The translations under genes were made by a program, and so were the position numbers. The notes under the pieces were generated by a model. That model saw nothing but the letters and a program-made list of their open reading frames with translations, was not told the DNA's origin and did no database searches. Of a stretch of 64,000 bases of DNA, positions 1 through 14,124 are shown piece after piece. The DNA is taken from the NCBI RefSeq assembly GCF_009914755.1, contig NC_060936.1. One strand, given 5' to 3'. Numbering within the stretch: position 1 is the first letter of the stretch; the number at the start of each line of letters is the position of its first letter. This DNA is from the human T2T-CHM13v2.0 reference genome, Homo sapiens.

Positions 1-151
1 CTGAGTTAACAGTCTTAGAAAGGAATAACAATGTTGGCTGGGGTGATTAATCCTACTACCAAGGGGAAATTTTACTACTATGCCACAGTAAAGGTGAGTA
101 AGAGTATGTCTGGAATACAGGACGTATGTGAGGGCATATCATATCTTAGTA

Positions 152-472
152 TGGTCACATAATGCATAAAGATGTTTCACTGAATGACAGATCACCATCC
201 CCAAAGTTTATAATATTATATTTTACTATGCCTTTTCTATGTTTAGATACACAAATACCATTGTGTTGCAATTGTCTACAGTATTCAGAACAGTAACATA
301 TTGTTCAGGTTTATAGCCTAGGAGCAACAGACTATACCATACAGCTTAGGTGTGCAGTAGGCCATGCCATTTAGGTTTTCATAAATACATTATATAATGT
401 TTGCACAACGGCAAAATTGCCTAACAACAAATTTCTCTGAATGTATCCCTGTCATTAAGCAGCACATGATTA
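152..472 (+). mobile_element. Tigger3a (MER7A/Golem-derived) non-autonomous DNA transposon
   Basis: Flanked by TA at 150-151 and 473-474. Internal sequence resembles the recalled Tigger3a consensus (atgtttagatacacaaataccattgtgtt...gcctaggagcaa). Removing it restores cttagtattacca, as seen at ~41252. Confidence 0.8.
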
Positions 473-713
473 TATTACCATGTGCTGTGATTAAGTTCAA
501 TGGAAAATTACAACACAACCCAGACATAACTACAAATGGCCTTGACCCTTCGGAAATGAAGGTTTGTCTCACCCTGTCACATCAAGAACCACAACCAGTT
601 GAGGTTTTAGCTGAAGGCAAAGCAATATAAAATGGGTAGTAGAAATTAATTATAAATACCACTTACAACCACATAACCCATTATAGAAACTAGCAGTGTA
701 GTTGTCATTGGTA

Positions 714-3328
714 TGGTTGACCTTTGAACAATATGGTTTTGAGTGCTTTGGATCTACTTGTACAAATTTTTTTCAATAAATACATTAGAAAACCTTTTTG
801 GAGACGGGTTAAATTTTGAAAAAAAATTGATCCACATAGCCCAGAAATATTTAAAAATTTGAAAAAGGTATGCTGTGAATGCAAAAATATATATACATAC
901 TAGTCAATTTTATCATTTAATACCATGAAATATACACAAATCTATTGAAGAGAATTAAACTTTATCAAAATGTAAAACTTTATCAAAATGTACACAATCA
1001 CAGATATTATTCATAGATCATACATGGGGCCATTGCAGTCAAGAGAAATGTAAACAAATAAATTTGTAGTATTAAATCATAACAGCATAAAATTAACTGT
1101 AGTAATACTGTACTACAGTAATAATTTCGTAGCCACCTCCTGTTGATATTGCAGTGAACTGAAGTATTCTGAGTATCCATTTAAAACACCTGTGATGCTA
1201 ATCATCTCCAATTTGCAGTTTGTCTCTTCAATAAATTGCCTATCACAGTAAAAAGTGATCTCTTGCAGTTCTTACATATGTTTCACCATGTTTGGAGCAA
1301 TACTGTAAACCATGAATAACACCATGGGACCAATAGGGAGTGCCATAAATGATGCTGAAAGTGCTCTCAGGAAGCAGAAAAAAAAATTATGACATTACAA
1401 GACAAAGTTGAATTGCTTGATATGTACCAAAGAGTGAGGTCTGCAGCTGTGGTTTGCCACCATTTCAAGATAAATGAATTCGGGATAGCGACCATTGTAA
1501 AAAAAAGAAAAGGAAATTTGTGAAGTCATCAATGCGGTCACACCAGCAGGTGCAAAAAAGCTTTTGTAAACTACATTTGTATCACATATTGAAAATGCAG
1601 CTTTTATATGGGTGCAGAATTCCTATAAGAAAGGCACACCAGTAGACTATAATATCATTCAAGAAAAAATGAAGTTATTATATGACAACTAAAGCAAAAG
1701 GAAGATGAAGAATCTAAAGTTGGATAATTTAATGCCAGCAAAGGATGGTTTGATCATTTTAGTGAGATGTTTTGGCTTAAAAAATGTCAAGGTAACAGGA
1801 AAAGCAGCTTCTGCCTACCAAGAGGCAGCAGACAAGCTCCCAGACTCTGTTAAGAAAATTATTGAGGAGAAATGATATCGGCCTAAACAGATTTTTAATG
1901 CAGATGAAAATGTCCTCTTCTTAAAATCATGCCACAAAAGTCATTTGATATTAAGGAAAAGAAGTGAGTACTAGAATTTAAGGCAGGAAAGGATAGGCTA
2001 ACTCTACTGTTTGTGAAAATGTAGTCAGCTTGATGATCAGGATTGCCTTTTTATAAAGTTGCTAACCCCTGACCCTTGAAGGGAAAAATTAAACATCAGC
2101 TGCAAGTCTTTTGGATGCGCTACAACAGCTCCCAGGCAATGAAAACCCTTCTTCTGGATTATTTCCATTGACGATTTGTTCCTAAAGTTAGGAAATATCT
2201 TTCCAGTGTGGTACTATCTTTTAAAGTTATTTTGATATTGGACAATGCCCCTGGCCACCCAGACCCCAGAAGTTCAATAGTGAAGGTGTCAAAATGTTCT
2301 ACTTGCCCCAAACACAACATCTCTAATTTAGCCTCTAGAACAGAGGGTCATAAGGACCCCTGATGCTCATTACACGTGGTTCTCTATGAGAAGAATTGTC
2401 AATGCTGTGGAAGAGAAGCCTGATATAGAGAATATCATGAAAGTTTGTAAGGATTATTGAAAATACCATTGTTAATATTTTAAAAAGCTGTGAAAGCCAC
2501 CAGGCTTTCAATGCAATGCTGGTGAAGAAAACTGTCCAGATGTCATGCATAACTTCATGGGATTAATGATACAGCCAATCAAGGAAATCATGAAAGAGAT
2601 TGTGGATATGGAAAAGAAGGTGAGGGTTAGGATGTTGAAGGGCTTCAAGATATGAATCTTGCAAAAATTTAAGAGCTAATAGACGCCACTACAGAGGAAT
2701 TTATAGAAGATGATTTGATAAATATGAATGCTTCAAAAACAGTGCCAGAACACAAACTGACTTTAGACAATCTGGCAGAAAGATTCTAATTATACAAGAC
2801 TGCTTTTGATTTCTTTCATGACATGGACCCTCCTATGATATGGGCATTGAAACTAAAATAATAAGTTGAAGAGGGCTTGGTATCACATAACAACATTTTT
2901 AGAGAAATGAAAAAAGCAAGAAAGTCAGACAGCAAATACAAGGTATTTCTGTAAATTTACACTGAGCGTGCCTGCCTCTTCTTCCTCCCTTTCCACCTCC
3001 TTCACCTCTTCTGCTTTTGCCATTGCTAAAACAAGAACTCCTAATTTTTCTCCTCCTCCTCAGCATACTCAACGTGAAGACAATGAGGATAAAGACCTTT
3101 CTGATGATAACACCTCCACTTAATAAATAGTAAATATATTTTCTCTTATGATTTTCTAGCCTGATTTATTGTAAGAACATATAACCCACAAAATATGTGC
3201 TTATTGGTTGCGTCATTGGTAAGGTTTCTGGACAACAGTAGACTATTAATATTTAGGTCTTTTGGGAGTCAAAAGTTGTATGCAGGTTTTCAAGTGCACT
3301 AACCCCTCTGTTGCTCAAAGCTCAACTG
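714..3328 (+). mobile_element. Near-full-length Tigger2 DNA transposon (pogo/Tc1-mariner) with a decayed transposase
   Basis: Degenerate terminal inverted repeats (tggttgacctttgaaca ... ttgctcaaagctcaactg) with TA at 712-713 and 3329-3330. Transposase remnants include MTLQDKVELLDMY (HTH region, ~1389), QIFNADEN (~1888) and LILDNAPGHP (~2232), with many stops and frameshifts. Confidence 0.88.
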
Positions 3329-3681
3329 TATTTCCTCTTTATTTTGTTATTAATATATTTGTGTGTATATATACACATATTAAGCACATATATTGGTTTT
3401 CTTATCTTTCTTAATCCCTTATGATGTAACATAAAATGTATTGACTTTATGTCAGTATTTAGGTATTGTTAATTTTACATCATAGTATTTAAATTAGGGT
3501 ACATCAGATAAGAATAAATATTACTCAAGAACTTTTATCTCCACTTCTGAGTTTTCAGCTGTAGGCAAGCAGAATATTTGTATCATGTAGATGGAATTAT
3601 AACCTTGTTATTGTCTTTATTTGGAGATTAAGGATGGTTTAAGGGTATGCTCATGGGTGCCAAATTGACAAGAATTGGACT

Positions 3682-4185
3682 TATGATGGTTAATTTTATG
3701 GGTCAATTTGAGTGGACTAAGGGATACCAGATCGTTGGTAAAACATTATTTCTGGGTGTGCTTGTGAGGGTGTTTCTGGAAGAGATTAGAATTTGAAACA
3801 GTAGCCTGAGTAAAGAAGATCTTCCCTCACTAATGTGGGCTGGCATAATCTAATCCATTGAGGGCTTGAACGAAACAAAAAAGCAGAAAGGTGAATTTTC
3901 TTTTTCTCTTTCTTCTTGAGCCAGGACATTCATATTCTGCTTGTGGACATTAGAGCTTTTGTTTTGGAGACTTTAGACTCTGGGATGTATACCAATTATT
4001 CCATCAGTTCTCAGCCTGTGAACTCAGACTGAATTCCACAACTGGTTTCCTGGTTCTCCGGCTTGCAGATGGCATATCTTGGGACTTCTTGGCCACCATA
4101 ATTATGTGAGCCAATTCTCATAATCATATCCTCATATATCCATAGATATCCAAGTGGTTCTGTTTCTCTGTGGAACTCTAATATA
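3682..4185 (+). mobile_element. MLT2B-type ERV-L LTR (3' LTR of the element at 1-3681)
   Basis: Begins tatgatggttaattttatg right after the PPT-like caagaattggact and ends ...ttctgtttctctgtggaactctaatata, typical MLT2 termini. Confidence 0.82.
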
Positions 4186-4429
4186 GAATAATATAGATTA
4201 TGAGTTTCCATGCTACTTAAATAAATTCAAATTTCTTTTTACTATAATGGGGGTTGTTATAAAATATTATAGAAAAATTACTCTAAGGTTACCCGAAGGA
4301 ATGGATTTGAGATGGAAGAAAGACAGATTTTTCTGTTACAGAGAAAATAAAGAAAGGAAATGGTGTGTTAGCAGCACTGAGAATAGAAAACAAAGATAAA
4401 TTCAGATTTATATGAGTTGATATTACTGG

Positions 4430-5165
4430 GCCTTAGCAAATAATTGAACTGTGGAGTGGGAAAGAGGCAAGGGATTTCTTAAGTATGTTGTGAATATTGA
4501 AGCAGTCACAGAGATAGAAAATTCAAGATAGAAACCAGTATGGCAGAGAAAGGTTGGAGCTGCAGAAATTACATAATCACATATGGGCACAATGATGCTG
4601 AGCTTTTTGTGGACTTTCCTGGTACATGTATCCACCAGGCAGATGAAACTAAGAAACTACATCTTGGAAGCAGATTCTGCATTGGTTCAAAAACATATGG
4701 TAGCCTTCAACCCATAACAGAATCTGAAATCATCTGAAGGAAATCACGGAAGGAGAGTGTTCAGAGTGAGGTGATGACAGAGGACAGAATCTTAGGTCCT
4801 ACTAAACACTTAAAAAGTCATATGAATAAAAAGGAGCTGGTGATGGAATAAAAGATTAACAGTAATGGTTAAATGCATTAGTACTGAGTCAGTCACACTT
4901 CCTGGATTTGATTTGCATCTTTGTTTCTTATTAACATGACTATCTGGAGGGAAGTTAGTTTTCTTTCTGTAATAAAATATCTAATAGTATTATTCAGGTA
5001 GTTAAAGGAGAAATGCATTTGGAGTACTTAATAGAGTATTCTAAAATTATAAGTGCCTAATTATTAGTAAGTATGATGATATTAGGGAAAAAAAGGAGAA
5101 AAGATTAGAGAGGCACAAGAGAGTGTAGTGTCAAGGAAATCATGAGAGTGAAATTTTATGAGAAT
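4430..5165. mobile_element. Degraded L2 fragments with an intervening MIR (~4860-5080)
   Basis: MIR-like start (agtaatggttaa) flanked by purine-rich L2-like sequence; heavily diverged, boundaries approximate. Confidence 0.45.
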
Positions 5166-5175
5166 GTACTTTTTC

Positions 5176-5478
5176 GGCCGGGCGCGATGGCTCAGGCCTG
5201 TAATCCCAGCACTTTGGGAGGCCGAGGCGGGCCGATCACAAGGTCTGGAGATCGAGACCGTCTTGGCTAACACAGTGAAACCCCGTCTCTACTAAAAAAA
5301 AAAAAAAAAATTAGCCGGGCGTGGTAGCGGGCGCTTGTAGGCCCAGCTACTCAGGAGCCTGAGGCAGGAGAATGGCGTCAACCCGGGAGGCGGAGCTTGC
5401 AGTGAGCCGAGATCGTGCCACTGCACTCCAGCCTGGGCGACAAAGCAAGACTGTCTCAAAAAAAAAAAAAAAAAAAAA
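5176..5478 (+). mobile_element. AluY
   Basis: Starts ggccgggcgcg. Has AluY-type motifs (gagatcgagacc, ggagaatggcgt, gagcttgcagtgagccgagatc), a pure-A middle linker and a poly(A) tail. Degenerate TSD: gaatgtactttttc / gaatttttctttttc. Confidence 0.93.
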
Positions 5479-6439
5479 GGAATTTTTCTTTTTCTTATGG
5501 ATATGAACACCAGACTGAAGGTAGAAAGAAAAAATCAAGTGCATTTCATTCAGCTTCTGTCTCTTAGGAACAGCCTATCTTTTCACTTCAAAGACAGGTG
5601 ATTGCAAAGAAAATGAGGCAGCTTCTAATAACAGTGATTATGGCATTACTAGTGACTATGCTTATATAGAATAACATTCTTCCCTTTTGCAGGCATATAT
5701 TTTTCTACTTTATTCACAATGTAATTTTTTCAACAACCAAGTGGACATTTGTGACTTGTGGGTATTCATCTAGAAAATGTTTAGGAATATTTGTCATAAC
5801 TCCACATTACAAAACCTTGATTAACATTGGAAATAAAGACATAGTTACAGTTGTTAACAAATTTACCAACAGTAGGTAAATCACACTGGAGGAGATCAAC
5901 TTTGGGCAAATTAACAACACAAAGGCGATTATTAAACTCTCCTTTGAGAGACAGGTGGGAATATTATCTTGGCAGGTTTGTCACTAGCTATGATGATAGT
6001 GAAAGCAATTGCTGTACAAAGAAATTATCCATATGTTTTAATTGTGAAATATAACAAGTGACACATTCAAAATGGTCATTGACAATCACTGAAGTGCAGA
6101 AGTTATGTGTATTATCTCACTTTAGTGAGTTTTTAAGTTTCATGGTAAAAACATATAATTGTAAACATCAGATACAGAAGAGCAAATGCTAAGAGAAGCT
6201 GAAAAACTATTGTAATTACTATAATTTACATGTCTGTGGAAAGTTTTTTTTTTTTTTAATGGAGGGCTCAGTGTTCATTTTAGCAGAGATGCAGCTGAAG
6301 AAAAGCCATGGTATTTTAGCATTTAATAGTATTTAGTGTGGATTTAAAACTAAATGATAAACACACATTGCTAAAATGTTTAATTTCAATAAAGTTAAAA
6401 TTTAATTTTTAGATATACTTCATTACTCAGAAGACAAAA

Positions 6440-7080
<641 letters not shown>

Positions 7081-7134
7081 TTAAACAAAAATGATAAAAA
7101 ATTATATATACTATAAGCACTGAAATATTTAAAT

Positions 7135-7400
7135 AATAGCTAGGCCCTTACTAAGTGCCAGTGATGTTCTATGTGAATCCCACGTATTAACTTACTTAGT
7201 ATTTACAATAACCCTGTGGATGGGTACCACTAGTATTTTTTTCCTCACAATGACCCTATGAGTTGCTACTGCTAGTATTGACACTTTTAAAAGAGCAATT
7301 TGATGCACAGATTCATGATGCCTCACAACTATTAAGTAGTAGCGTCAGGATTTATAGCTAGACAATCTGTCTCCGAATCTGTTCTGTTAACCACTAAATT
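7135..7400 (-). mobile_element. MIR fragment
   Basis: Antisense MIR-like motifs: cttactaagtgccag, acaataaccctgtg, ctgttaaccact. Confidence 0.5.
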
Positions 7401-8224
7401 ACATTAGAAATACCTAGCAAGAAGAAAGACTGAAAAGAAATATCCTAGACCTACAGTGTTAATAGCATTTATTCATCTACTTTCAAGGGCTTTGCTACTT
7501 CTCTTCTTATCTTCTCTTCCCTTCAGCATGAATCTTTCCATTTCTGCTGAATCATTTTCCACTACCTATCATCTTATATAGAATGATATTGCTTCATTAT
7601 CTACTAAGTTATAGAACCAAAATATATCAAAAACTATGAAAACTAAACAAAATATTCACTTTGTAATTCTGTCTGTTTTAGCAAAACTTTTGGAAGAGCT
7701 GTATGTATCTACTCATCTCCCACTTTTCAACCTTTAGAAAAAATTTTATCGAGTTAGTTAAACTAGAACTAGTTTTTCTCATTTTCCTTCCCTGCGTGAT
7801 TCTGGCTTAATTGGACAATGAGAGGCACTGTCATCAAGATGTAGATGATGGAAATGAAGTCATGTTCTTTTCAGTATAGGAAGGACAGAGGAGGGGACGA
7901 GTTGCTACCGTAGCTCACGCATGTTTGTCATTTACTGGTGGCTCACCTGGTTGACATGGACAGCAGCTGGGCTCACGGCAACTCCAGCTCCTGCCTCATC
8001 TCCTGCTTAAGGGTCACAGACTCCTCAGTCATGTGCATTTTTAACTTGGCAAAGTGCACTCAGTTTATTGACCAAAAAACCCTCCAGTTTTTCTTGCAGT
8101 ACTACCCTATTGTGAAAGCTGAAGGCTTAGAGGTGAATGGAGACCAATGTCAGTATCATCCTGAATGCATAAGGCTCATTTATCCTTGGAGATTTCAGTT
8201 TTTCCTTGTTTCTTCAAGTCACAT

Positions 8225-9008
8225 GCAGGACCAACATCATGTGGAAGCTGCCAAGTCTTGGGGCTTGCACCCTCTGAAGCAATGGCCTGAGCTGTACCTT
8301 GGACGCTTTTAGTTACAGCTGGAGTGGCTGAGATGTAGGGCACCCACTCCCTAGGCTACCCAGAGCAGGGCTGTCCTAGACTTGGTCCACAAAACCATTT
8401 TCCCTCCTAGGCCTTGGGCCTGTGATGGGAGGGGCTGCCATGAATGTCTCTGACATGTTCTGGAGACATTTTCCCTATTATCTTGGTGATTAATGTTTGG
8501 CTCTTCATTACTATACAAATTTCAGCAGCTGGCTTGAATTTCTCCCCAGAAAGTGAGATTTTCTTTTCTACTGCATTGTCAGGTTGAAAACTTTCCAAGC
8601 TTTTATGCTCCATCGCCTCTTGAATGCTTTGCTGCTTAGAAATTTCTTCCACCAGATACCCTAAATCATCTCTCTCAAGTTCAAAGTTCCATAGACCTCT
8701 AGGGCAGGGGCAAAATGCCACCAGTCTCTTTGTTAAAGCATAGCAAGAGTCACCTTTGTTCCAATTCCCAACAATTTCCTCATCTCCATCTGAGACCACC
8801 TCATACTGGACTTCATTGTCCACACCACTATCAGCATTTTGGTCAAAGCCATTCAGCAAGTCTCTAGGAAGTTCCAAACTTTCCCACCTTTTCCTGTCTT
8901 CTTCTGAGTCCTTTAAACTATCCAACCTCTGTCTGTTGCCATTCCCAAAGTTGTTTCCACATTTTCAGGTATCTGTATAGGAGTGCCCCACTCCTGGTAC
9001 CAATTTAC
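8225..9008 (-). mobile_element. THE1 internal region, 3'-truncated, containing the decayed MaLR internal ORF
   Basis: ORF 8407-8925 (SEEDRKRWESLELPRDLLNGFDQNADS...RGLWNFELERDDLGYL) matches the well-known THE1/MST internal ORF. The PBS-like aattggtaccagg (minus strand) lies next to the LTR. Confidence 0.88.
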
Positions 9009-9378
9009 TATATTAGTCCATTCTCACACTGCTCTAAGGACATACCCAATACTGGCTAATTTATAAAGGAAAGAGGTTTAATTGACTCAGAGTTCAGCAT
9101 AGATGGAGAGGCCTAAGGAAACTTACGATCATGGAAGAAGGGGAAGCAAACATGTCTTTCTTGACATGATGGCAGCAAGAAGTGCTTAACAAAGGGGAAA
9201 CGCCATTTATAAAACCATCAGATGTTGTGAGAACTCATTCCCTATCATGAGAACAGCCTGGGGGCAACTGTCCCCATGATTCTATTACCTCCCACTGGGT
9301 CCTTCCCATGACATGTGGGGATTATTGGAATTATAATTCAGGATGAGATTTGTGTGGGAACACAACCAAACCATAGCA
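9009..9378 (-). mobile_element. THE1 LTR (THE1C/D-like), 5' LTR
   Basis: About 370 bp: tatattagtccattctcac...aaagaggtttaattgactc...aaaccatcagat...gatgagatttgtgtgggaacacaaccaaaccatagca. Confidence 0.88.
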
Positions 9379-12300
9379 GTAGCCTAATGAGTTCCTATCA
9401 CTTTCTAAGGTCAAATCCCTAGAAAAAAATATTTATTCATGTAACTAGTAATTAGTCCTGATTCTCTGATCAAACGTTGACTGATACAAATCTTGCAAAA
9501 AAAATTCTCAAAGCATACATTTGTTTCCTACCAGGCCAATGAAATATTTACAAGTCTTACACATCTCATGCCAATTTTTTCCAGAATTCAGTATATTTAA
9601 AACATTTTTTTCTCCTGTTTTCAGCCACACTTAGGATTTTTTTCTTGTACCACTGCAAGTTTTCATTATTCTCTTTTGCAGGCTCTTCTTTCTTACCCCG
9701 TTTCTAATTGTCAGAGCCGTTTCAAGGCCAAACTCTTATTTTTATCTCTACCACGTGTAAGTGAAATTCACTTCTGTATACTGATGACCCAGATTTATAG
9801 TTTCTCCCAGGTCCCTTGGACTCCAGACTTGTGTGACCAATCCACCTCCCTGATATTTGTATTTCCATGTTGAGTGTCATTCTCAAATACCATGTGTGAA
9901 AAATATAGCTATTGACTTCCTCCCTTCTCTGCCTTTTGAAACTATCTGGGCCAAGTCTACTCTTTCTCAGCAAATGGTACAGACTACCCAGTTACTTAAG
10001 CCACTCATTTGAAAGCCTTCCTTGATCACTTTGGTGTTTTTATAGATTTTGCTGTAATTTAATTAAATATAGGATGCCTCAGGATGAGAACAGAGTGGGT
10101 ACCCAAAAAGTAGTTTTTGAAGTAATTAAAACTGAGTAAAACAACACTGAAGTTTATTTTCTAAGATAAAAATTTGGTATATATTTGTAATAAGATAAAT
10201 TAATACAACAAACATATATCATAATATGACTTTATCTTCTATCTTCTTTAACAACTTTATTAACAATGATCACTTATGACTTGATTATAATAAGTAAAAG
10301 AAGACTTAAAACTAACCCTGAATAGTATCTACTGAACATTACATGGTATGTTCTTATTCACATCTACACACATATTTATTTCACATTTGAGCATTGAAGT
10401 TGCTAGAACTTTATTTATAAATGTTTGTTTCATCAATGAATCTATAAAGTTGAAATATAAGAATATTAAGAAGTTATGTTTGAAGGTAAAAGAGATAGCT
10501 TCCTGCCTTATACCTATTGTTTACATATATATGAGAACATATAAATCACTTTACTTCTCAAAATCAGTTTTCACATCTGTAAAATGAAGAAAGTATTATT
10601 TACTCTAGCTAGTTTACCAACTGGTTGTGAAAGTTATGCAAAACTGTATATCTGGCAGTAATTTTAAATGATGGAATCAAGTGTATTGTAATAGTGCTAA
10701 ATAAAAACTACAGTTTTACTGTCATTGTTAATTCTTTTAATATTATATTTTTTATTAATACTTCTTGTTTCCCATGTTAAAAACCTGGTGTCAATTTCTG
10801 CATATTCCCAGGCAAGCCAAAACGATTTTTCAGCCCTTGCTGTCTTCCTTCCCCTACTTTCCCCCATTCTTAGACCAATAAAAGCATAGGACTTAAAGAC
10901 AATAGAAATTTTGACCACTAGGAAATACATAGTGGATATAGTTTCCTGTTGTCTTATTCCCAAGGAAAAAATACAATCGAGATCTCAGAACATGGCCTTG
11001 AATATATAATATAAAATACATAATGTAATGACCTCCAGTTGAGGCAGGGAGGTATTAAGGGTGCTTATTGAAGACACTTCTCCTCCAGTGAAGTCCCAGT
11101 CTTGAGTGACTAACATCTAGATTCAGCTTTTACTTGTCTACTTTGATAAACCTATTGCTTAGTCTGGGCATACTTCCTAATCTCAATGCAACCTGTCTCC
11201 CTAATTGTGGGTGAATTTCTCAGCATAAATCCTAGTTCTAGATTTTATGCTCTTATAATATGCTAATAGCTACAACAATAATCATACCAATGAGTACATT
11301 TCCTCAGCACCTGCTATGTATGTAGCATTTTATACATACTATTTAATATCATTTTTACAAAACTCTGTGGGGTGGATCTCATTATCATCATTTTAATTTT
11401 ACGGGAGACGTACTAAGGCAGACCATTTTGTATGGAATAAGCATAGACATAAAGATATGTGAGAGGTAGAATGTGTACATATGTGTATTTAATATACACA
11501 AAATGTATATATTACATATGTAAATATATATGTTATATATATAAATGAAATTTTCTATCGAAATTATTTAATCAATTATTAGAATCACTGAGCTTAAGAA
11601 AATTATTTTGTTTTATTGTGGTTTCTCTAATACAGGGAGAGGAAGAACAGAACAAGGACACCATGTTAGATTTATAAAGAAATAATGTCAAAATGGTTAA
11701 TGTAATTCACCAGTTCAATAAACTGGATTACATTTTAGTAGGACAAAAGATCAACGAAAGCTTATTTATATTCATTGGCTGAAGGCTGAAACAGCAACCA
11801 GGTAATGCTTTTCCTATCTTTAGGCTCATTACCTGTGGCTATTATATTTGTGGGGTATCATAACATCCAGATGTTTCTGGACAGCTCAGCTGATTTTTTT
11901 CTCTATGTACAGATTAAATAATAATGGATAGCAGGTGAAAAAATTCAATCAGTAGTCAAGGTCTGAGATTTATTTTTATGTTGCTATTTTTCATCTCCAT
12001 ATTTTTCAAAAATGTTGATATCTTCATAAAACAGAACTTGAGACACATTCCACTTCTCTCAAGGATGACTATGGTTCAAGGAATGCCTTGTATTTCTTAT
12101 TTGCATAATATGCTCTTCCATTCCTCTACAGACATGGTAATGAAGTATTATGCTTCCCCCTCTATGATTACTCTTTAAGAAAATAAAATAATAAGGACTT
12201 GAAACATTATTTTTCACATTAACTTGTTCTTTCTACAATAGTCAGTGTCACTTCCCTGAAGAGAATATTGTTGGTGTTCCACAGAGAATGGGAGTAATAT

Positions 12301-14124
12301 TTATTTAGTAGATAATTGAGTTCTACTATGTTATCTCTTACCTCTTATTTTATCTAGTTGAATAATAGATTATTTTTTCTAATAAAAATATACACACATA
12401 CATATATATACACATACATATATATGTTAATAATAGAGAGTTGAAATAGCATTTAGAAGAAAAAAACTGATCTATATGTCCAACAGACAATGATACTACT
12501 GTACCATTTTAATGGGTAATCAACAGCATTATTTTCTGTTGGTGGTAGTAATTCATAATATTACCTTCCTCCTTCTTATTATTTAAAGAATAGTTACTGT
12601 CATGATAAGCCTTGAAAATAAGGTAAAATGTATTATTAAATACATTTCTTATTGTGTATGTGTGTGTATGTGTACATTTGAAAAAAATGGCATTGCCTAT
12701 CTTCCTCATATATTTATACTTTAACCAAAATATATACTTGTCTTAATCATCCTCATCATGACACTAAGTGTTGATTAATTGCTTGTTTTTAAATGTCACT
12801 TTGACAGCCACTGAACAATGAGAACTGATTGTAAGTAGCTTACCTCCTAGGAGGTTGCAGTCTATGGCACACACCTCTCCCCGGATATATACGTCAAAGA
12901 AATATAGGGAGTTAGAATAAAAACGTCAAATTATAAATAGCTTGTGAAATATCTCCAGAATAGAGCAGTCAAAGGCACATCCATGTCAGTACATTTTATA
13001 TTCAGGGATCAACACAAGTATATAATTAAGGTGAAGATCAAAGAGAGTAACTGCAGAGCCTGATGTCCCGACTAGGTGATGATTTACTAACTTAATTATT
13101 TCAGAATCTTCTGTGAAAAATGGGGTAACTGCTCTTTAACAGAAGTTGCTCTCAGGTGTGCCATGGAATATGTGATGACATAACACAAATAATTATACCT
13201 TATTTATTAAAAAATATATCAGAATACATGATGGAGGGTTCAAGTGAATGCTTTTGGATTCTCTTTGCTTAAATAGAAAATTTGCATGAAATGCCATTGT
13301 TTTTCTATGTGTCTCTCAGCTCCGGCAGTCAAGAATCAAGCTTGCTGGACTGAGGAAAACTGAGTTTCTCTAAGATACTTAATGTGAGAAGCATGCAAAA
13401 ATATATGAATTAAAAAAAACTGGGTTTTCATCAGCTTCAACCTAGATCTTAGAAACAAAGACTATCAAAGAGTATTAGAAACAAAGAGATTTTAAAAATA
13501 AAGAGAACTAGACAAAAATGGTTAAATATTTTACCTTTGACTTAAAAAAGTTTTTCTGGTAAGCTTGTGTAGGTGTATATAAATATGTGTAAACATCTGC
13601 ATTCTGCAAACTTTAGCATATTGAACATTATTGCTTTCTATATCAAAATTAGCAAGAGTATTTAGGCGCATTGGCCAATCATATATTTGTGATGCAAATT
13701 AATAAACAGAAAAGGGAGAAAGATTCAAAGTTTTCTCACAAATTACAGTTTCCTCTAGACAAAATTAGTAATTTCCTACAATCTTCATTTCACCCACTAA
13801 TTCTACTTACACTTCATTAGAGCATGAGATGTTATAATTTCCATCTCTTTCTCTGTCTCTCTCTTTCAGCAGATGTTTTGTGAAAATAGGGAGGTTTTAT
13901 TTCAAATCTGTTATTGTAAAAGCAAAATAAGAATAATAAAAAAGATTAGGCCAATGTTCAGTTAAATGTACCTATAACTGTGCACAGAACATTGCTATTT
14001 CCCATTGGATTGTTATTTTAAATACTAATTGACTTTACCTGTACTATTTCATTTATCACTTCAGCAATGTTTCAGGGAACACTTTTTTAAGAATGATTTT
14101 TTTTAAAGTAAAAGATTTCTTTTT

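Larger units (their letters stand above)
1..3681 (+). mobile_element. 3' part of an old ERV-L internal region (dUTPase/3' pol remnant plus 3' UTR), split by two Tigger insertions
   Basis: Segments 1-151, 473-713 and 3329-3681 align by eye with the HERV-L copy in this window (~41130-41790). ORF 397-630 (LPCAVIKFNGKLQHNPDITTNGLDPSEMKV) resembles ORF 41223-41492 (LPCPVIKVNGKLQQPNPGRTTNGPGSSGMKV). Confidence 0.85.
7780..9488 (+). mobile_element. Old ERVL-type LTR (LTR33-like) interrupted by the THE1 fragment
   Basis: LTR-like body at 7780-8220 resumes at ~9380 and ends ...ttgactgataca, a typical ERVL LTR 3' end. Family assignment is tentative. Confidence 0.4.

Noticed and set aside
8407-8925. 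172-aa ORF as a cellular gene
   Set aside because: It is the known THE1/MaLR internal ORF remnant.
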